Positions 13,385-25,730 of a DNA stretch of 64,000 nucleotides are shown one piece after another. Below the pieces are notes generated by a model. It was given only the letters and a program-made list of their open reading frames with translations. It had not been told where the DNA came from and ran no database searches. The stretch lies in NCBI RefSeq assembly GCF_009914755.1, contig NC_060925.1; one strand, given 5' to 3'. Origin of the DNA: the human T2T-CHM13v2.0 reference genome, Homo sapiens. Every line of letters begins with the position of its first letter. Positions within the stretch are counted from its first letter, which is position 1. The position numbers and the translations under genes were made by a program.

Positions 13385-15334
13385 AGGGAGAAATTATTTC
13401 CCCTTCTTATTTTTGAGTTTTTTATTTGGATGGAACTTTTTTCTTCCCTTGAGGATGTGACTATAATGTATGTTCCATAAGGTCACTTGGCTTTGGTTCT
13501 GAGTGCTTTCTGTGGTAAAGACTCCGTATGTAGAGCCTTGGTTGTAGATATCCTTAATGTGGTTACTTTCTCAAATGCTGGTTGTAGTAGCAATGTACTG
13601 GGGCATGTGAGCAGGCTCATGGCCTCCTGCAGGGTCAGAATGGTGGAGGTCTCCAGAAGCTTCTTATCTTGTTCCCATGCATTGTACACTTGTGGCAGCA
13701 GATTTAGTATTGGGTTGTATAGTTTAACCTCCAAGCCAGTAGGTGGTTCTTTCATGTAAGAACCAAATGTGGTGGTAGTGGAAGGATTGATGCTTGTTCT
13801 TTGTTTACACGGAGAAGCTCTTTGTTGGCTCAGGCAATGGGTTGGTCTGCAGAATGCTCAGTGGCCTGGGCTCCCACTCAGCTCCACAGAAGGGTATGAG
13901 GCTAGTTGGAGCTGGACTGCACAAGCTCACCCTTGGATCCTCCACTGGCAAGCACAAGCACCAGCCCTGACAGAGGTGCTTGGGAAGCTCATGGTGAAAT
14001 GTGTTGGGATATCCTCAGGGTATGGGGGTGGGGTTGCCCCAGCTCTATTTCCTGGGTAGGCAGGAACATGACCCATTTCTCTGTCACACCCTTATCCTGG
14101 TACTCAGGACACACAGTTCTGTCAGACACTCCTGTCTATATCTGGGCTGCAATGCTGCCAAGGGCCATAAAAGACACCTGCCTTGTAAGCTCATTGTCAA
14201 AATGGCTGTGGTACAGAACCTCCCCCCTCAGCTCCAGACACAAAACCCTCTAGCTCTCCACTACAGGAATACTGGTGCTTTGTGTAGAGAGGCGACAGGG
14301 CCCCACCTTTCACATAACTCTGGGCCTAGTGTGAACACTGCCAGTGGGGATGCAGCTACCCCTAGTCACCTCAGAAAGGCTGTCCTCCAGCATGCTTATG
14401 CCAACTTCCTATGGGAGTGGCCACAGCTGTGTTTGTAGCAGTGAGCAGAGGGAGAGTAGAAGTACGCCTCTCTATGCCTGGGCCTGAGCACAGAGGCTGC
14501 TTGGCCACTGGAATGGAACTACAGTCCTCCCTTGCAGAGCCAACCACAGCACCTGTATCTCTGCTGGAAGCAGGACCATCATTTACAGCTCACAAACGGG
14601 GAACACCTGGGCACTGAAAAATACATGATCTGGTTTTCTTTGTCCCAAGAGGTGCTCCCTTCATGAACTGCACTCTCCCTTTTTTTAGGAGCAGCACTCC
14701 CTCCCCAGGGACAGACTCCCTCCCCAGGGGATAGACCCCTGGAAATTCTGCAGCTTCCTTAGGTCCAGCCAGTCCTTTGCTGCTGACATAATCTGAGCAG
14801 GCACTAGGGAATGTCTGCAGGGGTTCCCATGATATGGAGACACAAGGGCTGAGATTCCCTGGGTAAGACACAGTTATCTGATAGCTTCACCACAAGTATG
14901 GTGCCTGGTCACCACTCCTCAAGTTAGAGAGAGGGTGAATAACCTGCAGGGAGTTTGTAGTCTGATAATACCCTCAAAAAGTCACCAATTTGCTGTCTAT
15001 ACCAACCTATACCAGTGTTTGGGCTCACAAAGGTAGAGGAGCTGTCTGACAGTTAAGATATCAGAAGTCAGCCACAGGGATTAGGGGAGCCAAAACACTC
15101 CCACCTATCTTTCTGATGAAATACCAGTCTCTTGGGGTTCCCAGCTGATTTCTGCCAGCCTCTTGCTTTTCTCTTTTTCTGTGCCCCAGCTTCTTCCTGT
15201 GAGTTCTCCACTAGGTTCCAACACTTTCCCCTTGATATTCTATTTGAGTTATGATTACAAGTAAGTAATCTTGGTTCCTCTTATGACAACTGGTGTCTGG
15301 TCTCTAGTCAGCCTTCTTGAACTAGAACTTGATG
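13385..15334 (-). mobile_element. L1 5' UTR (old primate L1PB/L1M type)
   Basis: Locally GC-richer block directly upstream of ORF1; ends ctctagtcagccttcttga, reverse of the typical L1 start CAAGATGGCTGACTAGA. Confidence 0.75.
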
Positions 15335-15875
15335 TCACAATGTTTACAAAATAATTTTACTTTGTATAATATTTGGAATGAAATATACTATAAAATATTT
15401 AACTATTTTTTCTTCTTTCCATCTAGGTTTTCTGCATGCTCTTTTTAATATCATTTGAATGTCATTCTCATTCCTGAATACATCTAGATTCACATGCTCA
15501 AAATCTAAAAGATTCATAAGGATAAACCCTGGAAAGACTCTCTCCCTCTCGGATACCAGCCGTGACCTACATGCTGTTTAAATTAGTCTCTAGTCTTCAG
15601 CCCTCACCAGTGCACAAGTGAGCTGGCAACATCTCTCACCCTTATTCCTCCTCCTGTGGCATGATCCAGGCTTTCCTAAATCAGGGCACTGGAAAGATTG
15701 CCTTCAGGAGCCACTAGTGTTGATCTCAACTCTATACTTTAATGCTCTACTATTGCTCTTGTTGCTATAGCTAACGTTGCTAAAGGGTAACCTTGAGGAG
15801 ACCTTCGTTTTAGCTGTTACGTCAGCATCATGCCTGTTACCATGGGTATTCTAGTGGGTGGTGTTGCTGCTGTAG

Positions 15876-16601
15876 TGTAACTGCCCAGTGGGTTCTTCTT
15901 GTCTGCTCTCCAGATACAGTCAATTTATCAAGGGAGGGGAATTGCAATAAACTCTTTAATTTGCACAGAGGCAGCTGAACAGGAGACCAGAGTTTTATTG
16001 TCAGTCAGATTAGTCTCCCAGAGAATTTGAGGGCCGGGATTTTTCCAAGGTGGTTTGTGGGGAGGGGTTTGGGCGGTTAGGCAATGTGTGCTTGCTGCTG
16101 ATTTGTTGGAGGCATAACCATGTGGGAAATGGTCCTCTTGCATGCTGAGTCACGTCTCTGTGGGGCCACAGGAGGAGTTGGTGGGTCCGGGCGGAGCCAT
16201 TGGTGTCCAACATACAAAAAAACATGAAAAGATATCTCAAAAGGCTAATTTTAGGTTCCACAATGGTGATGTTATCTGCAGGAATAATTGGGGAAGTTGC
16301 ATATCTTGTGAACACTTGTATATAATGGCTGGCAACTGTTTATGTCTACACTTAGCAGAATTCAGGCTTCTCCATCCACCTAGCCTGGTGTTGTCTCATT
16401 AACTTTACAAAGGTGGTTGAGTTTTGGGGAAGGGCTATTATCATTTAAACTATAAACTAAATGGCTCCCAAAGTTATCTTGGCCTAAGCCCAGGAATAAT
16501 TAAAGGCAGCTTGAAGGCCAAAGGAAAGATGGGGTTTAGCCAGATCAGATCTTCACTGCCATTATTTTGCCATTATTGTAATTTTTACAAAGGCAGTTAC
16601 A
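15876..16601 (-). mobile_element. LTR8-family (ERV1) solo LTR
   Basis: tgtaactgcccagtgggttcttcttg...atttatcaag to aaaggcagttaca; TG...CA ends; flanks gtag/ctag as an imperfect 4-bp TSD. Confidence 0.82.
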
Positions 16602-17315
16602 CTAGCAAGGACTATATCTTAAGTGACCATGGAACATCATTTGAAATGACACACCTTTGAGCCAAAGTCGATGTTATCAATGTTCATACTGGGCAAACAG
16701 GTATCAACTGAGCAAGCTGGCACCTATGGTCAACTTAATTGTAGCAGGGGCTTTCTGTGCACCAACATTAGATTCATTAGATTTTATTTCCTTGATTTCT
16801 TACAGCCTGCTTTCTTAAAGACTTCAGAAGAAGTTCATCTGAGTGAATGGGGAGAAAATAGGATACTATTAAGGCTAAATCCATCCAAGCCATATTTTAA
16901 TTGATACAAAACCTGAACACCTATGGTACACGCTGAGTGGTTGGGAATTAGTGTTTGTTTTCACTTTTGCCAGAGTCTTAATTATAGTTCTATGGTGTTT
17001 GGGGTTGCCAATTGTTCTAAATCTCCTTTGTCTTGTCTACTAAGAAGCCCATTAAATTTGTGTAAGGTGAAACTGGAGGCTGCAAAGAATAGCCAAAGGA
17101 GCAGCTTCCAAGGGCCTAAGATTGAAGCTTCTTTCATGTTCTGTCAAAGAAATTCTACACTTAAGGGAAGGTGTGGTGCCAGACCTTTCCTTTATAGCTT
17201 TAGCTATATGTTGTAATTGTCTTTTTTCTGATTTAATTTTATATTTAGGGATCATAGGAGGAATTTGATTTTGGAGGGCCTTTGATTTTATTAACATTTT
17301 ATGATATATTAAGGG

Positions 17316-18071
<756 letters not shown>

Positions 18072-19064
18072 TTTTGGTACCCATGAAGGTATTCTGAGTG
18101 GAGGTTCCCCTGACCTTTGGCAAATCTCCTATCAGTGTTTGGTACCAGCCTGAGCTATCTTTATGGCTCAAACCAATAGGACAATTCATGATCTCCCAAA
18201 ATGTGATTGTGATCTAAAGTTTATTTTGCTGTACAACTCCTTTTTTAAGGAGTTTTAGTTGCTTCCAAGACAAAGAAGGCAAGTTTTTCCTGCTTCCATG
18301 ATGCTGGAAGGCAGGTAACTCCTTTAAGGAGTTTGAGCTAGCGTTCAGCAGGGAAAATGAGCTTGAGTTTTTTCCTGCTTCTAGTATGGTAGAGAGCAGT
18401 CTTCAACCTGATACCCATCCCTAGGTAAGTAACTGAATTGGGGTTTGTCTTGCTAAAGTTAAGTTTAACAACCAGCTGGTCTTAATTTCTCCTTACCATT
18501 AGAGCACTCCATAATTGTGTGAGTTGTGCAATTGCTTTGCTTAACTTTGGTTTGTTTCTGTTTTTGTTATTGTTTCAGTTTTTTTTTCCATTGGGTTTGA
18601 CCAACTCTATATTCGACTTGAACAAATCCGAAGGAAAGCTTCCAATTATGGGGAACAAGTCCTCTGAAGTGGCTAAATTCCCACACACACAAAAGAAAAG
18701 GTAGGGTGGTGGGGGGGAGAAAAACAGCCAGCAAAAGGAAAAAAAAAAAAGGAAAGATTTTTGATTTTGACTACTTAAGGGGCTTTATTTACATAACAAG
18801 GCCACCTATTTGGTAGCCAGGCCAAACTGAAAGAGCAATGGCTGTCGCCCCATGCTGCAGTTCCATAGCTAAGGTTCTGCTTTCTTTTTTTCACCACAAC
18901 AGTCTGGGTTTGGTTCCTAAATCAAGCCCTTTCTGGTTTGATACTTGGTACTTCTGAAATAGCAGTAATTTGTCCCAGCTGAAATATGGTAATGAGATTT
19001 AAAAAGTTTTTTTTAAAGGACCTCAATGGTTAAAAGTCAGCTTAATTAAAAGCCAACATACAAG

Positions 19065-19097
<33 letters not shown>

Positions 19098-19332
19098 TGC
19101 ATGCACGCGTGCGGGCGCATGTGTTTATTTAAAAGGCTTTCATGTTTTTTTTGTTTTGTTTTCCTAAGAATTGGTTAGAACAATGAAATTTTCTTAAATG
19201 GTTGATTGACTTAATAAATTATAAGATATTTTAATTTTTTTAACCCAAAGTTTAACTTGTATTGCATCTCGCCATTTTCAGTTTTCTCTCCCCTTTTAAA
19301 AGGCACGAAATGGTTACTCTCTCCTTCACCTG
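18072..19332 (+). mobile_element. MER4-int leader/internal fragment
   Basis: Begins ttttggtacccatgaagg (PBS position) right after the LTR; splice-donor-like TAG|GTAAGT at 18424/18425; no intact gag or pol. Confidence 0.78.
19066..19124. repeat. (TG)n microsatellite plus alternating purine-pyrimidine tail
   Basis: About 15 TG units, then gtgcatgcacgcgtgcgggcgcatgtgt. Confidence 0.95.
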
Positions 19333-19556
19333 TGCTTTGAGTAGCCCCACCTTTCTGGACGGAACCAATGTACATCCTATATATATTGATTGATGTCTCA
19401 TGTCTGCCTAAAATGTATAAAACCAAGCCATGCCCAACCACGTTGGGCATATGTCGTCAGGACCTCCTAAGGCTGTGTCATGGGCACATGTCCTCAACCT
19501 TGGCAAAATCAACTTTCTAAATTAACTGAGACCTGTCTCAGATATTCGGGTTCACA
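19333..19556 (+). mobile_element. MER4A1-like 3' LTR (3' half only)
   Basis: Aligns to about 17847-18071; ends gggttcaca; proviral flanks aggg/agag. Confidence 0.88.
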
Positions 19557-19570
19557 AGAGTAACAAAAAT

Positions 19571-19611
19571 TAACTTGATAACATATGACATAACTTGATA
19601 ACATTATGACA
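19571..19611. repeat. 20-bp tandem duplication
   Basis: taacttgataacat(t)atgaca x2. Confidence 0.9.
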
Positions 19612-20479
19612 GAACATAATATTTGAAGGCTCTACCTGACCTGATTTAGACATCTGAAAACCACTGCTTGAAAGACCTGGATCAATTAAATCCAAATATT
19701 TTAAGTATCTAAAAAGTTAAATTGGAAACTGAAAAGACATGCTTGTCTTATGCTTCACAAAGATGCCTAAGCACTGGATTTTTGAATGTGGAATTATTCT
19801 ACATAGTACTCCTGAGCTCTCAACATTAGGCAGCCTACCACGTCGAAATGGTATAATCAATCCATAGATGAACACTCCTAAAGAAAACGAATGTTCCCAA
19901 ATTCCACAAAGATCGATGATGTCTCTGAAAGGATGGCATATACTTTGTGACAGAGTAAGATTTCTTCTCTGTCTTGGGAGCCAACGACTGCAGTCACATT
20001 GCTATTCAAGTAGTGGTAGTTAATGATTTAATCTTTATTAATAGGAGAAAAGATTCCATTTGTTTAATATGCAGGTTATTTGTGATGCTAAATGCAATGT
20101 AATTGATGTAATTTAAAAGTTTCAGAGATAATGTCATGATTAATTCATCTGTAAACAATCTGGCATCTTTCATTTTATTGAGGCAGGCAAATTTTTTAAC
20201 TAGCTGAAATGTGAGTAAGAACATTTATGACAACAATTATCATTTAAAAATACAATGCAGTATGAAAGATGAATGTCCTACAGGGCATTGCGCATTTGCT
20301 GTAAGGTCTTAAGAGCTGTAATTTGGCATGACTCATTGTCTCTGTATGAAAGAAACACGAGGGCAGCATAACTAGCGTTGTGTCTTTGGACTGAATAAGG
20401 TTTTAGAATTTCATGAAGGAGATCACTGAGTATATTTCAAGGGTCAATTTCTTGAGAGTTTTGCTGCCCCTATGCAACT

Positions 20480-21560
20480 ATTCATTCATTTAATCATTTA
20501 TTCATCCATTCAATGAATATCATGGAGTGCCTTTTAAAGGACAAGTGCTTCGGAAGAACTGGGGATATGTATATATAGATTGTTTCTGCCACCAAAGAAC
20601 ACCTAAAGTATTAAAGAGTATAGTTTAAGTAAGATTCAATTAATATCCCACGAAATACATAAAATGGATACCATGGGAGCAATAAAAGAAGGCATTTAGC
20701 CCAGGCTTGGGAGACAGGCTGATCAGAAGCTGCTGGAGGAATTGACGTGTGAAAACTGTATCTTATTAAAGGATGCAGATAAAGTCACTGAAAAGTTATC
20801 CAGGCAGAGAAGATGACATACAAATGCAAGAGGTTTAAAAACAAAGCAAAACAAAACAATATGTGTTATTTGTGAGCCGTACCACATGTTTGGTGATGTT
20901 GGAGAGCAATGTGCAAGGCAAGAAATGTTGCAGAGCAAGTTCGGGGGTAGAAAGATTCTAGAATGTGGAGGGTCATGTGGACTCTATTATATAATTTAGA
21001 ATTTATTCTATAGATTATATAGACCCATGAGAGCACTATTTGTTTAGGTAGATTACTTTAGGGCTTTGAAAGGGATGAGACTAGAGGTGCAGAGAAACTA
21101 TTTAGTATCGTGATGATGTAATCTGGGGAAAAAATGATACAGGCATAATTACCACTGGGCTATGGCCGTAATTTGGGAGTGAATAAGAAAATTGAGCCTA
21201 AATTTGCAGTTTCAAAAGAATAGAGATTAAAGGCAGAATAAATAGGGGGATTTCAACATATAGTGAAGTAAGGGTTTAAGTAGAGGGCACAGAAAGAAGA
21301 GCCCATAAAGATGACAAAAAAAAAATGATGAGAAAAACACTCCAACAATTAAGAGAGTGTTATAAAATCTAAGGAACAAGGAACTAACAAAGTTCTAATG
21401 ATGTGGTAAAAATAAGAAAGATAGCTTTAACTATTAGATTATCCATCAATAACTTTGGAAAAACAGTTTCGGTGGAATACTATGGGTAGAATACAAATTT
21501 CTGTGGGTAGTGTAGTGGATAGAATTGGGAGTTGAAGACATGGAGATGCAGTATTGATAG
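20480..21560 (-). mobile_element. L2 fragments
   Basis: (ttca)n-like L2 tail at 20481, then degenerate reverse L2 sequence. Confidence 0.6.
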
Positions 21561-21848
21561 TTGTGTCCCTGAGAGCACGTAGCCTGGACGCTGGATGTCC
21601 TGGATCCTCAGCTTGCCACTGGCCATGGCCAATGTTGTAGTGAGATATATTAAAAAGCAGCCAAATGGTTACGCATTATTATTGGCTAAAACTTTTACCC
21701 CAAACTCCAATGTATTCATCTACTGAAATAAACCAAATTGATGATGCAACTCCTCAAACGCAGACCTGCCTGTAAAAAGAGTTGGGTCAGTGAATTGTGG
21801 TGAGAAAGTGGTTATTAACTTCAGGAGTTGCACCTGTGATGAAAGAAT

Positions 21849-21924
21849 AAGTGTGGAATAAAGTCATATATCAACACATTAAGTCCAAGTGTGGAATAAA
21901 GTTATATATCAACAGATTAAGACC
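21849..21924. repeat. 38-bp tandem duplication
   Basis: aagtgtggaataaagt(c/t)atatatcaaca(c/g)attaag(t/a)cc x2, three mismatches. Confidence 0.92.
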
Positions 21925-21974
21925 AAGCAGGTGGGCTTTCTTTTTGTGGAAGGTGGGTTAGGAATGTTTATTTT

Positions 21975-22195
21975 TTAAATGTAGTGTTTTCTAAGCTATT
22001 TACAAATGTTAACTATTTAAGCGTTTTTTTTTTAATTTAATTTGATGAGGTAGAAATTATTGTTGTAGACGAGTAAATAGAAACACAGAAAGAGTAAGTA
22101 AATTGCCCAAAGTCACTCACACATATTTGAGTAGAAGTGTCAGGATTTGAACTCAGGCAGTCTGGCTTCAGAGTCTCTGCTCTTCCATGCTGTAA
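21975..22195 (-). mobile_element. MIR
   Basis: aagtaaattgcccaaagtcac...caggatttgaactcaggcagtctggcttcagagtc. Confidence 0.8.
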
Positions 22196-22336
22196 ATACA
22201 CTATATTGTATAGGTTTTTTTAAATATGTATTTATTAATAAGGACATAGAGTAGTGAATTAAAGGTATCACTTGGAATCTCCTAAATCCAGTTTTGCTTA
22301 ATAATAATTAAAGAGATCCTTTAATTAAGAACTTTA

Positions 22337-22638
22337 GGCCAGGTGCAGTGTCTCATGCCTGTAATCCCAGTACTTTGGGAGGCCAAGGTGGGAGGATCAC
22401 TTGAGGTCAGGAGTTCAAGACTAGCCTGGCTAACATGGTGAAACCTCATCTCTACTAAAAACGCAAAAATTAACTGGGTGTAGTGGAGCACGCCTGTAAT
22501 CCCAGCTACTCTACTCAGGAGGCTGAGGCAGGAGAATTGCTTGAACCCAGGAGGCAGAGGTTGCAGTGAGCCTAGATTGTGCCACTGCACTCCAGCCTGG
22601 GCGACAGGGCGAGACTCCATCTCAAAAAAAAAAAAAAA
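22337..22638 (+). mobile_element. AluS (Sx/Sz-like)
   Basis: Full dimer, poly(A), TSD aagaacttta (22327-22336, 22639-22648). Confidence 0.95.
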
Positions 22639-24089
22639 AAGAACTTTAGACACACAATCACAGTTTAATTATAAAAAACTAAACTCACATCATATAATGA
22701 GTTCCTATATCAAGTTATCTATAATGTCAAAAATAACACACAGGGGCATTAAACTATTTATTCAAACCTAGCACTGAGTTTATAAAATAGATTACCTTCG
22801 AGAATAAGAAATCCAGGACTGGAAGAGAATGCAAACATTTTGGAATGAGCATTTAGAAAAATGAGACAATGTGATGGGGATTTAACTAGAGATTAGTATA
22901 AGGCATGTTAATCAGCTACGAAGTCTGACTGAGTCTGACCAGCATACATTGGCAGTGGACCAACTGGCCTGGCTTTATGACTCGACTTTCACTAGCAACA
23001 GTCAATAGAGCAGGAAGATATGTGCATATGTATCCATGTGTCTGTGTGTCAGGGGTTGAGGGAGCAAATGATCCTTTCTACAATCAGGGTTGCTGAAGGG
23101 AAAGGCAGTAAGGCAGATGGATAAGGGAGCAACTGGAATTTTAGGAATATATATTTACATAGTTTTGTACAGTTCAGTAATAATCCAGATAAATTGCTTA
23201 GGCCAGATGGTTGGTTTATCAAGCCATGCAGTGTGCCTTTTTGTATGCAAATGAAATGTCTACATATCAAGAGAGCCTTGGGCAGAATCCAAAATGGAGC
23301 AGCCAATTTGCCCTAAAAGGTGATAAATTTAGGACCCAGAGAGGAGAATACTGGAGGTTGACAATATTGTTTCCTAATATGTCCTAGTGATTTAATTTTA
23401 ATAAATTGATGTGAACTTGCTGGTCATCTAATTGTTCTCTAATAGATGTATTGTAGAGACTTTTTTTTTTTGCATAAGTATGGCGCAGAGGAGGCTAATA
23501 AAACTAAAGTTTTCTGCAATTTTAGGTTGATTCAAACCATTTCAATTTCAATTTCTCAAAAGCTCATCATTGGGAGACAATTAAAGAGCCCCTAAATGAT
23601 TATGAAATTGCAAATTATCACAATAGCCTCAAAGAAATGCCTATCAGATCAAAGTTGGGGAAGAAAGCACAGTTGAGTAGAATGAGAGAGAATCCTGAAG
23701 ATAATGATTAAGCCAATGACGGCTACTTCACCTGAAATCTCTGCCACCCTCAATAAATGTGTGCTTTATCAAGTAATTCTTTCTCCTTTGACTAGGGTGG
23801 GATAGGGGAAAGGTGGCTCTCAAGTTGCTTCAAAAGAAGAGCTGGCAATTCAAATATTTTCTTGATAATTTAGGATTGGGAAGTCACGTTGCTGAGTTTT
23901 CTATGATTAGAAACTAAAGGAAAATTTGAAAGAGAGATAAAGTATAAAACAGCATAAATTATGGCTAAACAAAGGATTCCTTCTGGAAAAGGGAAGAGGA
24001 TAGGGCAGAAATTCCATGAGTGACAGATCAAGCAGCCCCTGAAGTTGTTTTACAAAAAGAAATTAGTGATCTTGGTGAAGTGGGTTATC

Positions 24090-24520
24090 TAATCATTTTG
24101 GTAAACTCTTCGGTTCCCTCCCTTCTGAGCCCTTGCCACAAAAACTAAACATATGACCCAAGCCTCACCAAATATATTACTTCATTTGCCCGGCAACAAT
24201 GATTGGTCCAAGGCATAAGCATGTGACCCAAGCAGGACCAATCACATTTTGTCCCCTGGGGTTGTTATTTGGTCATTGATAGGAGGAAATACTTTTACCC
24301 CTGAGGATTGCTAGACTGAGATGCTGGTAGTAATAGTAATCTTCCCTAGTCACTGGAGGTAGCCTGTGTGCAGTAGGAGAGAAAGAGATCTGTCCCACGG
24401 AAAGAGAAACAAAAGTCAAAATGAGAAACAAATGGAGAGGGGGTCTTCATTCCTATCCAAGAAGCTCTGACTGTGTAGCCTCAATTCTGTAAGCTACACT
24501 TGAAATCAGGTATTCTGACT
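24090..24520 (+). mobile_element. Old MLT1 (J/K/L-like) LTR fragment
   Basis: tgattggtccaaggcataagcatgtgacccaagcaggaccaatca core typical of these LTRs. Confidence 0.65.
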
Positions 24521-25356
24521 TGGTTAATGACATCTTTCAGGTCCCAGTTTTAAGTCCTATACTCATCTAAACAAAATTAGCCACCCAAAAATCATGAGTC
24601 ACTCCCCACCTCGCCAGTCACCCAAGAGTGTGTTCTTTGTAAAAAGAGCATCACTAAGTAAAATGGGAGCTTAAGAAATCAAATCATAGAAGGCTGTGGT
24701 CAGAAAGAAGAATTTCTGAATTGAAGAGCTTGATCACGCAGCAATTCTGAGAGATGGTGAGATCTAACAGAAGCAATGAGGTTGTTTAGATACTATCAAT
24801 GCATACTTTCTGGGGTCATGAGAATGATATCTCAGAGACACGGGTAGAAAATGTCTTGTTGTTTCATTTAGAAAATCATTCAGAGGAAAAGGAAATTAGA
24901 GGTTAATAGGACCTAGCAATGAGGATTTTTAGACAATAGTGTAGGAAATCAGAAGGGAAAAGCTGTTGAACCATAATGGAGGAGCAAAATACCAGATGAA
25001 GCAGCGATACGGTAATGAAATCTACAAAACACATTGAGTGTCAGGTACAGGCAGAACATTAGATTATTTCTATTTTAAATTTTATAGTGCAAGTGAAAAG
25101 TTGTTTGTTTTTGTTTTTCATTTTTGCTATTTGGGGTAACAAAGAGAACATTTATGAAGAAGAGAAAGACACTCCATTAGGAACAGAGTCTGCAGAAATA
25201 GTACAATTTATGTCCAGAGAGAACTTTGCTTGTGAGGGCTGCCTACTTGATGCGAATGTTGTTTGATGGCTATCACTTTGATTTCCACAGGAACCATAGA
25301 GATATTCCAAGACCAACGGTGTGGCTAAGTATAAAGTAATGGGGTCTCTAAATTAA

Positions 25357-25375
25357 TGTCCACTTGGTGGCAGTA
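25357..25375 (+). promoter_or_regulatory. Candidate CTCF site
   Basis: tgtccacttggtggcagta against core CCACYAGRKGGCRS; one mismatch at the conserved A. Confidence 0.5.
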
Positions 25376-25526
25376 GACTGTGGTTTTTATTAATAACACT
25401 AGTCTTTAAATATATTTGTGGTATATTTAATTACCACTGAAATCTTAAGATTTTGCTACGCAAACTGTTATTTCCAATATGTACATATCTTAGAGAATCA
25501 TTTATTGTAATTGTTTTCTTTTCCAG

Positions 25527-25730
25527 ATGAGTCTATGCCCAGGACCACCAGATAATTGAGTCCTGTACAAAAGCTTCTGACTAAACAATGTGCTCTGGCT
25601 CAGGACTATACAGAGAAAAGACACAGTTTTTAAATTGATCGTTCAAAAGGAAACATATTTATGATATTTGCTCCATGATATGTATCTCTCATCTGTTAGC
25701 TCAGGCAGAATTAAAATGCTAGACAATAAT
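25527..25730 (+). ncRNA. Candidate 3' terminal exon A of an unidentified, probably non-coding transcript
   Basis: Acceptor ttgttttcttttccag|A at 25526/25527; ATTAAA at 25710-25715; all frames stop early; 3' end approximate. Confidence 0.38.

Noticed and set aside
13483-14871. Cluster of overlapping 68-145 aa ORFs
   Set aside because: They lie in the GC-richer L1 5' UTR, where stops are rarer. No recognisable domain or exon structure.
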